Positions 37,474 to 47,300 of a DNA stretch of 58,790 bases are shown one piece after another. Under the pieces are notes generated by a model, which saw nothing but the letters and a program-made list of their open reading frames with translations, did not search any database and was not told the origin of the DNA. How positions within the stretch are numbered: position 1 is the stretch's first letter; each line of letters begins with the position of its first letter. The stretch is from a virus. Taxonomy: Duplodnaviria > Caudoviricetes. Location: positions 1 to 58,790 of IMG/VR virus record IMGVR_UViG_3300028844_003404, one strand, 5' to 3'. Both the position numbers and the translations under genes were made by a program.

Positions 37474-38850
37474 ATGTCGAAGGAAAAAAATTTTGGTTAT
37501 CTCGGAAACACATTTCAAAATCAACTACTTAATAACATCGTTCTTTATAAGGACTTTGCGGCTTCTATTGTTGATGTAATTGAACCGAAATATTTTGACA
37601 ATCAGTACTTTAAACTCATTATGCAAATTATTAAGGAGTATTACATAAAATATGAACATACCCCTTCTTATAACACTCTAGAACAACTTATTAAGTCTGA
37701 AGTGTCCTCACCCATGGCTCAAAAGATGGTTTTGGATATGGTTGAACAAATCAAAGAAGCCCCATCGGAGGGTGAAAGTTTTGTGCAAGAAAAAGCTTTA
37801 AAATTCTGTAAACAACAAGAACTACAAAAGGTTATGGGTAAAGCTCAAAAAATCATTGATAAAGGTGATTTTGAGAGTTACGACCACCTTGAGGAGATGG
37901 TTCGAGAAGCCTTACAAGTTGGAGAAGTTGACACAGGAACGGCTGATGTATTTGCTAACCTTGACAACGTATTAGAAGAGGATTTTAGACACCCAATTCC
38001 TATGGGGATAGACGGTATTGATAATCTTTTAAAAGGTGGAATTGCAAAGGGAGAATTAGGTGTAATCCTCGCACCTACTGGTGTAGGAAAATCCACACTG
38101 TTGACCAAGATTAGTAACCACGCATTTAATTTAGGATATAACGTACTTCAGATATTCTTTGAGGATAACCCTAAAATTATACAAAGAAAACATTTTACGT
38201 TATGGACTGAAATTGCCCCTGATTTATTGTCTTTACATAAAGACAAAGTCATGGACAAAATTAAAGATATTCGTGAAAACGCACCAAATAAGTTAATCTT
38301 AAAGAAACTTCCATCAGATACACTTACTATGAATCAGATTAAAAATCAAATTCGTAAGATGACTGCGGAAGGTAATAAAGTTGATATGGTGGTGTTAGAT
38401 TATATTGATTGTGTGGTTCCTGATAAAAACTTAGGTGATGAGTGGAAAAGCGAGGGTTCAGTAATGAGAGGATTTGAGGCTATGTGTCATGAATTAGATT
38501 TGGTAGGATGGACAGCAACTCAAGGTAACAGAAGTTCGATATCTTCTGAGGTAGTCACCACTGACCAAATGGGAGGGTCGATTAAGAAAGCACAAGTAGG
38601 TCACGTAATTATATCTGTTGCAAAATCCTTACAACAAAAAGAAATGAATTTAGCCACAATCGCTATCACTAAGTCAAGGATTGGAAAAGACGGGGTTGTG
38701 TTTGAAAATTGTAAATTTGATAACGAGATGTTAGTTATAGATACTGAACAGAGTGTAACCTTCTTAGGTTTGGAAGAACAAAAAGAAGAGAACAACAGGA
38801 AACGAATTAAAGAACTTTTGGATAGAAAAAAACAAAAGGAGAGTAATTAA
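37474..38850 (+). CDS. dnaB: replicative DNA helicase (DnaB / T4 gp41-like)
   Basis: GGIAKGELGVILAPTGVGKS, FFED, VLDYID, WTATQGNR, KSRIG; preceded by TATTTAT at 37438-37444. Confidence 0.92.
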   Translation: MSKEKNFGYLGNTFQNQLLNNIVLYKDFAASIVDVIEPKYFDNQYFKLIMQIIKEYYIKYEHTPSYNTLEQLIKSEVSSPMAQKMVLDMVEQIKEAPSEGESFVQEKALKFCKQQELQKVMGKAQKIIDKGDFESYDHLEEMVREALQVGEVDTGTADVFANLDNVLEEDFRHPIPMGIDGIDNLLKGGIAKGELGVILAPTGVGKSTLLTKISNHAFNLGYNVLQIFFEDNPKIIQRKHFTLWTEIAPDLLSLHKDKVMDKIKDIRENAPNKLILKKLPSDTLTMNQIKNQIRKMTAEGNKVDMVVLDYIDCVVPDKNLGDEWKSEGSVMRGFEAMCHELDLVGWTATQGNRSSISSEVVTTDQMGGSIKKAQVGHVIISVAKSLQQKEMNLATIAITKSRIGKDGVVFENCKFDNEMLVIDTEQSVTFLGLEEQKEENNRKRIKELLDRKKQKESN

Positions 38851-38873
38851 TAAACCTTAAAATTATTATAAAA

Positions 38874-40154
38874 ATGGAAAGTTTAATGGATAAAATTGAT
38901 AGAGATATACGCTATGTCGTAAAAAGAAGTGGAGATAAAGTACCATTTCATTCTGAAAAAATTGAGAAAGCGGTTATAAAGGCGATGAAAAGTATCGACA
39001 TGATAGATGAAAATATGGCTGAAAAAATTGCTAGAATAACCACTAAGGCAATTTTTAGGAACAATAAAGAACACGTTCCTCATGTTGATGAAATACACGA
39101 TATGGTGGAAAATAAATTAATGGATAACGGTTTGAATGACGTTGCGAAAGAGTATATCATTTACCGTTCAAAAAGCAGACCCAACATCTTTTCTAAAAGA
39201 ACAAATCTAAAACCATATGACTACCCTAACCTTAATGAATATGTAGACGCAATAAGACATTCATATTGGGTTCATACTGAATTTAATTTCACGTCTGATA
39301 TACAAGACTATAAAGTTCATTTAAATGAAAAAGAAAAATCTGCGGTTGAAAGGGCTATGTTAGCAATATCTCAAATAGAAATCGCAGTTAAAACATTTTG
39401 GGGTGACATATACAAAAGAATGCCTAAACCTGAGATTGGGAGTGTAGGGGCTACTTTTGCAGAATCGGAGGTTAGACATGCCGACGCTTATTCACACCTA
39501 ATACAACTTTTAGGTTTAAATAGAAAATTTGAAAATTTACTTGAAGTACCTGCAATTAGAAGAAGAATTAAATATTTAGAAAAATCTATTACTAACTCAA
39601 AAGCGGTAGAGAATAAAGAATATTTCGAATCAATTGTACTGTTCTCGATGTTTATTGAAAACGTATCATTATTCTCACAATTTCTAGTTATTATGTCATT
39701 TAATAAACATAAAAACAAATTAAAAGGAATTAGTAATGCGGTTGAGGCAACATCAAAAGAAGAAAATATTCACGCTGAATTTGGATTTGAGTTGGTTAAC
39801 TTAATTAAACAAGAGAATCCTGATTGGTGGACACAGGAATTAGTGGAGGACTTAATAATCTCAACTCACGAAGCGTATGAAGCTGAGCAAGAAGTGATAA
39901 ATTGGATTTTCGAAGAAGGAGATTTAGAATTCCTCACTAAAAAACAAACATTGGAGTTTATTAAACACAGATTTAATGTATCTTTAAATTCAATTGGTAT
40001 TGATAGTATCTTTGAAGTTAATGAGACAATATTAGAAACCACGGAATGGTTTGACGATGAGATTTTAACTACAAAACACACAGATTTCTTTAATAAAAGA
40101 AGTATTAATTATAGTAAAAAATCAAAATCAATTACATCAAACGATTTATTTTAA
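38874..40154 (+). CDS. nrdB: ribonucleotide reductase beta subunit with N-terminal ATP cone (class Id-like)
   Basis: ATP cone VVKRSG...KIEKAV...VDEIHDMVENKLM...AKEYIIYR; ferritin-like ligands QIEIAVK, ESEVRHADAY, IENVSLF, EENIH; ends DFFNKRSINY...DLF. Confidence 0.93.
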   Translation: MESLMDKIDRDIRYVVKRSGDKVPFHSEKIEKAVIKAMKSIDMIDENMAEKIARITTKAIFRNNKEHVPHVDEIHDMVENKLMDNGLNDVAKEYIIYRSKSRPNIFSKRTNLKPYDYPNLNEYVDAIRHSYWVHTEFNFTSDIQDYKVHLNEKEKSAVERAMLAISQIEIAVKTFWGDIYKRMPKPEIGSVGATFAESEVRHADAYSHLIQLLGLNRKFENLLEVPAIRRRIKYLEKSITNSKAVENKEYFESIVLFSMFIENVSLFSQFLVIMSFNKHKNKLKGISNAVEATSKEENIHAEFGFELVNLIKQENPDWWTQELVEDLIISTHEAYEAEQEVINWIFEEGDLEFLTKKQTLEFIKHRFNVSLNSIGIDSIFEVNETILETTEWFDDEILTTKHTDFFNKRSINYSKKSKSITSNDLF

Positions 40155-40170
40155 AACGATATAACTAAAA

Positions 40171-41877
40171 ATGAAAAATAGAGAAAATTTTGATTGGATA
40201 AACGAGGAGTCCATTACCTTTCTTCGTAGAGGGTATCTTAGTGATGGAGAAGAGGCGTTAGATAGAATTCGCACTATAGCTAATCATGCTGAGAAAATAT
40301 TAGGAATCGAAGGGTTCGCGGATAAATTTTATGACTATATGGGTCGAGGATGGTATTCACTATCTTCACCTGTTTGGGCTAATTTTGGTAAAAAAAGAGG
40401 TCTACCTGTCAGTTGTTTCGGGTCAAATATAGGTGATAATATAGAATCAATATTATATACACAAGCAGAAGTAGGTGAAATGAGTAAAATGGGTGGAGGT
40501 ACCTCAGGTTACTTTGGTAATATTAGAGCAAGAGGTGCTGAGATTACAGATAATGGACACGCGCCAGGTTCAGTTCATTTTATGAACTTATTCGAAAGTG
40601 TTGTTGATAATATCTCACAGGGGTCTACTAGAAGAGGTAGATTTTCTCCATATTTACCTGTAGAACATCCAGATATTATGGAATTTTTAGAAATTGGAAC
40701 TGAAGGTTTTCCTATTCAGGACTTAACACATGCAGTTAGTGTTACTGATGAGTTTATGAATGATATGATAGGTGGTGATAATGAAAAAAGGGCAATTTGG
40801 GCTAAAGTAATACAAAGAAGGGGGGAGATTGGTTATCCTTATATTATGTTTAACGATACTATGAATAATAAGGCACCTGAAGTTTATAGAGATAAAGGTG
40901 CTAAAATTTATAATTCTAACCTTTGTTCAGAAATTGCTTTACACAACTCAGATGAGGAATCATTCGTATGTGTTCTTTCATCTATGAATGTACTTCACTA
41001 TGATGAGTGGAAAGATACTGACGCAGTTGAGACGATGACTTTCTTTTTAGACGCGGTTGTAAGCGAATTTTTAACAAAAATTGAAAATATTAGAGACGAT
41101 GGTACTATAGAAGGTAAAAGAGGGTTCTTTTATTTGGAAAAGGCTTATAACTTCGCAAAAAGACAAAGAGCTTTAGGTTTAGGTGTTTTAGGGTGGCACT
41201 CACTATTACAATCTAAAAATTTAGCGTTTGACACTAAAGAAAGTGCTAAACTTAATGTGGAAGTTTTTAAATTGATAAAAGAAAAGTCATACAAAGCATC
41301 GGAAGATTTGGCTAATATTTTTGGAGAACCTGATTATCTTGAAGGTTATGGTAGAAGAAATGTCACTCTAAACGCAATTGCACCTACTACCTCATCGGCT
41401 TTTATTTTAGGACAAGTATCACAATCAATAGAACCTATATGGTCTAATTGTTATGTTAAAGATGTTGCTAAATTAAAAGTTACTATTAAAAATCCAGTAC
41501 TTAAAAAACTCCTACAAGAGTTAGGTAAAGATACTAAACAAGTGTGGGATAGTATTAAGAAAAAAGATGGCTCAGCTCAACACTTAGATTTTCTAAGTAC
41601 AGAACAGAAAGATGTATTTAGAACATTTGCTGAAATAAACCAAGCATCTATAATTAATCAAGCGGCTATCAGACAAGATTATATCGACCAATCACAGTCA
41701 TTAAATTTAATGGTTTCACCTGATATGCCAACAAAAGACGTTAATAAACTTTTAATTGACGCTTGGAAATTAGGAGTAAAAACACTGTACTATCAACACT
41801 CGATGAATTCCGCTCAGGCTTTCGCAAGGAAAAAATTAAACCTCAACGATTTACAATGTGTTGCTTGTGAAGGATAA
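40171..41877 (+). CDS. nrdA: ribonucleotide reductase alpha subunit (short, no ATP cone)
   Basis: PVSCF, SNLCSEI, FVCVLSS, APTTSS, KTLYY, C-terminal CVACEG. Confidence 0.95.
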   Translation: MKNRENFDWINEESITFLRRGYLSDGEEALDRIRTIANHAEKILGIEGFADKFYDYMGRGWYSLSSPVWANFGKKRGLPVSCFGSNIGDNIESILYTQAEVGEMSKMGGGTSGYFGNIRARGAEITDNGHAPGSVHFMNLFESVVDNISQGSTRRGRFSPYLPVEHPDIMEFLEIGTEGFPIQDLTHAVSVTDEFMNDMIGGDNEKRAIWAKVIQRRGEIGYPYIMFNDTMNNKAPEVYRDKGAKIYNSNLCSEIALHNSDEESFVCVLSSMNVLHYDEWKDTDAVETMTFFLDAVVSEFLTKIENIRDDGTIEGKRGFFYLEKAYNFAKRQRALGLGVLGWHSLLQSKNLAFDTKESAKLNVEVFKLIKEKSYKASEDLANIFGEPDYLEGYGRRNVTLNAIAPTTSSAFILGQVSQSIEPIWSNCYVKDVAKLKVTIKNPVLKKLLQELGKDTKQVWDSIKKKDGSAQHLDFLSTEQKDVFRTFAEINQASIINQAAIRQDYIDQSQSLNLMVSPDMPTKDVNKLLIDAWKLGVKTLYYQHSMNSAQAFARKKLNLNDLQCVACEG

Positions 41878-41883
41878 TAAAAT

Positions 41884-41913
41884 AAAACCCATCTAAAAAG
41901 GTGGGTTTTTTTT
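41884..41913 (+). terminator. intrinsic terminator ending the replication operon
   Basis: AAAACCCATCT-aaaa-AGGTGGGTTTT plus T run. Confidence 0.8.
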
Positions 41914-41932
41914 ATAAAAATATTATATCGAA

Positions 41933-41939
41933 TATTTAT
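41933..41939 (+). promoter_or_regulatory. TATTTAT late-promoter-like motif
   Basis: Ends 4 nt before ATG 41944, right after a terminator. Confidence 0.6.
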
Positions 41940-41943
41940 TGTT

Positions 41944-42423
41944 ATGGCAATAAATAAATCATACGGTATAAAATTTCCATTTTCTAAAAGTGTTAATGGT
42001 AATTATCTCACTCGGACAAAAACTGCGGAAGAGGAGATAAGAACGGATTTATTACATTTAATATTAACAAGGAAAGGTAGTAGATACTACTTACCTGACT
42101 TTGGGACTAGAATTTATGAGTTTATTTTTGAACCAATGGACGGTCCGACATTTGACGCGATAAAATCAGATATACAAACATCTGTTGATAAATATATACC
42201 TAATTTACAGATTAATGATATATCAATATCTCCTTATAGTGAAGATGATAGAAATGTTGCGGGTACTCTAAACACCGAAGACCAAAACTCTGAATATGAA
42301 ATGTTTGATATTTTTAGGACAGCGGGTGAAGGGGTAGATGAATATACTGCGAAAGTAAAAATAGACTATTCTATTAAAGATACTACATTTGAAAGTAGAG
42401 ATTTTATAATAATTAATATTTAA
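41944..42423 (+). CDS. baseplate wedge / sheath initiator (T4 gp25-like)
   Basis: GIKFPF, LILTRKGSRYYLPDFGTRIYEFIFEP. Confidence 0.9.
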   Translation: MAINKSYGIKFPFSKSVNGNYLTRTKTAEEEIRTDLLHLILTRKGSRYYLPDFGTRIYEFIFEPMDGPTFDAIKSDIQTSVDKYIPNLQINDISISPYSEDDRNVAGTLNTEDQNSEYEMFDIFRTAGEGVDEYTAKVKIDYSIKDTTFESRDFIIINI

Positions 42424-42428
42424 ATTAT

Positions 42429-44267
42429 ATGGCTAATCGTAAAATATCGTATACGGAAAGAGATTTCGAAGGTTTAAGGCAAGACCTTATAAACTTTACA
42501 AGACAGTATTATCCGGACCTCATTGATAATTTTAATGACGCTTCTGTATTCTCAGTATTTTTAGATTTAAATGCGGCTATTGGAGATAACTTAAATTATC
42601 ATATAGACAGAAGTATACAAGAAACTGTATTACAATATGCACAACAAAAATCTTCAATATATAATATTGCTAGAACCTATGGATTAAAAATACCTGGTAA
42701 TAGACCTTCTATAGCTTTATTAGATGTATCTATCACTGTTCCTGCTTTTGGAGACCAAGAAGATAGTAGGTATTTAGGTATTATAAGGTCAGGTTCTCAG
42801 TTTATAGGCGCGGGACAAATATTTGAAAATCAAGACGATATTGACTTTAGCACTCAATATAATAGTAGTGGATTCCCTAATAGGACTAAAATACCTAATT
42901 TTGATAGTAATAACCGAATTATTAATTATACGATAACTAAACGAGAAGTTGTGGTTAACGGAGCCACTAAAATATTTAAAAAAGTAATTAATAATAATGA
43001 TGTTAAACCATTTTATGAGTTCTTTTTACCTGAAAAAAATGTTATAAGTATAACATCATTAATTCAGAAAGACGGTATTACCTACTCAAGCCCACCCACT
43101 TATGGTGAATTTATAACCGCACCTGATAGATGGTATGAGGTAGACGCTTTGGCGGAAAACACAGTATTTGTTGAAGACCCAACAAAAGCTTCGGATAATC
43201 CAGGAATAAAAGTAGGTCGTTATATTGAAACTGAAAGTAGATTTATATCTGAATACACACCTGAAGGTTATTGTAAATTAACTTTTGGTTCTGCTACGGT
43301 TACTGCTGATGACCAATTAGCTCAATTTGCTAAAACAGGGATACCACTTAGGCTTGAAAATTATCAAAACAATATTGGGTTAGGTAGAACTGTTAAGGCT
43401 AATACCACATTATTTGTTAAATATAGAGTAGGGGGTGGAATAGGTTCTAATATCGGAGTAAATACGATAACTCAAATCGGAACCATTAATTTTGCAGTAA
43501 ACGGACCGTCACCTAGTATTAATCAGAATGTAATTCAAAGTTTAAGGTCTAATAATGTAACCGCTGCGATAGGAGGAGGTAACCTACCCACTACTGAAGA
43601 GGTACGTAATATGGTTACATATAATTTTGCCGCTCAAAAAAGGGCGGTTACAGTAAATGATTATAATTCATTAATTAGAACTATGCCAAGTAGATTTGGT
43701 GCACCAGCTAAAGCATCTATAACGGAAGAAGATAATAAGATTAAAATAGAAATACTATCATTTGATGATAATGGTAAATTAACTAGTAATGTGTCAAATA
43801 CCTTAAAACAAAATATTGCAAATTATTTATCTAATTACAGGATGATTAATGATTATATTTCAGTAAGAAGTGCTCAAGTAATTGATTTAGAATATGAATT
43901 TTCAGTAGCAATGGAATCTAGTGAAAATCAGGGTCAAGTAATAACGAGTATAGTTGACAGTGTTAATTCATATATGTCACCATCGACTAACCTATTAGGT
44001 AAAAATGTAAATATATCTGACATAAGGAGATTGATACAAGATATACCTGGAGTAAGTACATTGGCGGATTTGAAAGTTTTTAATAAAACAGGAGGTCAGT
44101 ACTCATCTTCTGAGACCTCACAAAGATATTTGGACAAAAACACCAAACAAATTGAACTAATTGACGATACTATTTTTGCACAACCAAATCAGATATATCA
44201 GATAAAGTTTCCTGAAAAAGATATTAAAGTGAGAATAAAGCAATTGAAGAACGTGGAATTCTCATAA
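42429..44267 (+). CDS. baseplate wedge protein (T4 gp6 / baseplate J-like)
   Basis: YTERDFEGLRQDL, YRVGGG..SN, AAIGG, QKRAVTVNDY. Confidence 0.88.
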   Translation: MANRKISYTERDFEGLRQDLINFTRQYYPDLIDNFNDASVFSVFLDLNAAIGDNLNYHIDRSIQETVLQYAQQKSSIYNIARTYGLKIPGNRPSIALLDVSITVPAFGDQEDSRYLGIIRSGSQFIGAGQIFENQDDIDFSTQYNSSGFPNRTKIPNFDSNNRIINYTITKREVVVNGATKIFKKVINNNDVKPFYEFFLPEKNVISITSLIQKDGITYSSPPTYGEFITAPDRWYEVDALAENTVFVEDPTKASDNPGIKVGRYIETESRFISEYTPEGYCKLTFGSATVTADDQLAQFAKTGIPLRLENYQNNIGLGRTVKANTTLFVKYRVGGGIGSNIGVNTITQIGTINFAVNGPSPSINQNVIQSLRSNNVTAAIGGGNLPTTEEVRNMVTYNFAAQKRAVTVNDYNSLIRTMPSRFGAPAKASITEEDNKIKIEILSFDDNGKLTSNVSNTLKQNIANYLSNYRMINDYISVRSAQVIDLEYEFSVAMESSENQGQVITSIVDSVNSYMSPSTNLLGKNVNISDIRRLIQDIPGVSTLADLKVFNKTGGQYSSSETSQRYLDKNTKQIELIDDTIFAQPNQIYQIKFPEKDIKVRIKQLKNVEFS

Positions 44268-44318
44268 TCTTCTTCCATATACTTTTATTTAATTAGTTTT
44301 AAAATTAGTATGATTAAC

Positions 44319-44325
44319 TATTTAT
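44319..44325 (+). promoter_or_regulatory. TATTTAT late-promoter-like motif
   Basis: 15 nt upstream of ATG 44341. Confidence 0.55.
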
Positions 44326-44340
44326 TTTAAAAGTAATTTT

Positions 44341-47300
44341 ATGCCAAAATCATATAGATTTAGAACACAAGTTGGAGTCGACAGAGAAGTACGACTTAAT
44401 ATTGAACAAGATTTTGATTTTTTAGAAATTTTATCGTTAAAATTACGACAAGAAGATTTATATGAAAGATTTTGTGCTGACTATGGTGTTGTAACAGGTA
44501 GAGTAGTTGCGAATGGTGGATTTGGTGTACCTAATGTAAATGTTTCTATATTTGTACCTTTAGATAATGTAGATGAAAATAATATTATAATATCTACATT
44601 ATACCCTTACAAAAATTTAAAAACAAAAAATGAAGATGGTTATAGATATAACCTATTACCATATAAAAAAGAATATGGAGGACATACACCTACAGGAACA
44701 TTTCCAGACAGACAAGATGTGTTAACCCGTAGAGAAGTATTACAAGTGTATGAAAAATATTACAAATACACGGTAAAAACAAACAGTTCTGGTGACTTTA
44801 TGATTGTTGGAGTACCATTAGGTCAACAGAAATTAATAATGGATTTAGACCTATCCAATATGGGTCAGTTTTCATTAAGACCATCTGATTTGATAAGAAT
44901 GGGTATGGGAGTCCCTTCACAATTTAATGGACAACAATTCAAAGCCTCTGAAGACTTAAGTAGTTTACCACAAATAGTTAATAGTGTTAAGGAAATTGAC
45001 GTAACACCTTTTTGGGGGGATAACGACCTATGCAATGTAGGAATAACTAGAAGTGATTTTGATTTAAGAGATTTAGGTATCGAAATAGAACCACAATCTA
45101 TATTTATGGGCTCAGTATTTAGTTCTACTGAAGATGATTTTATAAGGGGTAATTGTAAACCTAAAAATGATGTTGGTAAACTATGTGATGTTGTTGCGGG
45201 TCCCGGTCAAATATTAGCATTAAGACATACAATTTCTGTAGATGCTGAAGGACAACCAATATTAGAACAACACCAACTCGAAGATGGGGGTAATATAATT
45301 GATGATAGTGGTACTTGGATGATAGACCTACCCATGAATTTAGACTATATCATTACTAATGAGTTCGGAGAGCAAATCATTTCTTTAGACCCTAAGGTTG
45401 GAATACCAACTAAAGGTAAGTATCGATTTAGAGTAAAATGGCAAAATGAAGGGGGGATGTCTAATGATATATTTAGAGCTGACTACCTAATACCAAATAT
45501 AAGAGAACACGGATGGTCAGGGACCACAACTGATGAAATGCCATCTGAAGAGATTAGGAATAAATCATATGCCTTTTCTTTAGATTGGGATGAGTATTAT
45601 GATAAAACCGCAGCTATAAATTGCGAAGATAGTTTTTATGAATTTACATACAATAAAGTTTATACTATTGCGTCCCACTATGATAGATTTAAATGGGGAT
45701 TCAACAGGATAAAACATTTAGGTATAAAGGAAATTAATGATAAAACGTGTCAGAGCGAGCATAACCCGTTACCTGTAATTGAAGCACAAAGAAATGGGAG
45801 TGTTTTAATATTTTTATTTAATTTTATACTATCTATTTTAACTATTCCGTTAATAGCATTATTAGCTATTGCCCATATTATTACATTTATATGGCCTGTT
45901 ATCCGAGCGATTATAATTGTGATATCTGCAATTATTAATTTTGTCATATATGCGATTTGTAGAATTATTGCATCGATACCGTTCACAAACAAAAGCAAAG
46001 ATGATTGTGTAAAGAAAGAAGTGACCCCACCACCTAAAGAAAGTCCATTTTCTACTATTAACTTTCCTATGTTAAGCTATCCTGATTGTGAGGCTTGCGC
46101 GTGTGACACAAACAAACCTCAAGGGGAAGAAAACGATACAGCATCTCAGTTAGAATCATATTCTGATGAGGTAAACTTTGGTCCCATAATCGACGCAACA
46201 TATACTGAAACATTTTCTAAACAAACAGGTGCGGCTTCTGTAGATAATGCTGATTGTCCTGAAGCGAGTGATGAAGTTAGACTTACACAAGGTAGGTTGA
46301 TGTGTGCGGGATACGACCAATTTTCAAAAAATGGTTACTATACAATACAACTTAAAGAACAAGGTTCAGGAATAGAAGATTGTGATTGGGATATTGCTCG
46401 TAGTTTTAATAGAAGAGACCAAGTTCAGTGGTATAAATCACCAGCATATCCTGTTTTTTTCGCAAATCAAAAAAGAGTGAGGTGGAAATTAGGGGCTCAA
46501 CCCACTTGGGCTCAATCACTTAATCTACTTAACAGAAGAAAAATGTATTTCGGTGAAGCTGCTGTGGCAACTAATAAATTACAATACAACAATTGGGACA
46601 CAAGTAGTGAAGGTGAGTATCCCGCACCATATGATACTATAGCATGGAATAAAAGAACAACCACAAGTATACAGGCAGAATTAATTAATAATCAGATAAA
46701 CGGAGTAACACCACAAGCACCTTCATCTAATTTTAATAGATGGATGGATAATGCATTTATAATGGTTTTAGACCCTGGAGACGATATGGAAAGGGGTCAA
46801 CTATTTTTCTTTAACGACCCATCAAAAATTAATGACCCTAACTTTATTACGTTCCCTGATGGAAATCAGTTTGATACTAATGGTATTACCGGAACATGTG
46901 AAAACAGTACAACGGGATATATTAATAAACCATTCTCATATATGGATAGAACGGGTGCTGTGCAAAACACAACACTACAATTATATAATACTGCCTCCAC
47001 TATGTCGTATAACTTTAAATCAGGAGTGGAGTATTTCCAGTGTATTAGAACATTTACTTTCGACGAAATATGGTCTTTAGGTGACGCATCTTCAGATGCT
47101 GCAAATACGTTATTTTATAAATTTACAAATGGGGAACCAGATGGAAGTGCCTCGGTTAAGGCTAGTTCTTTAGTTAGATATATTACAGATTATTACCAAC
47201 AATACGGTAATAATTGGCAAGGGGAAGAAATGGGTTACAACTCATCAATAAGTAAAAGAGTAGATAATGATGGAGGTATAGCTGATGATATTGCATCTTC

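Noticed and set aside
3386-41877. Inteins or homing endonucleases in polB, helicases, RecA, RNR
   Set aside because: Lengths are ordinary, catalytic motifs are uninterrupted, and no intein termini or LAGLIDADG/HNH/GIY-YIG motifs were seen.
13328-44267. Bacterial extracellular contractile injection system or tailocin
   Set aside because: Neck genes and a full phage replication set are interleaved with the tail genes, indicating a phage.
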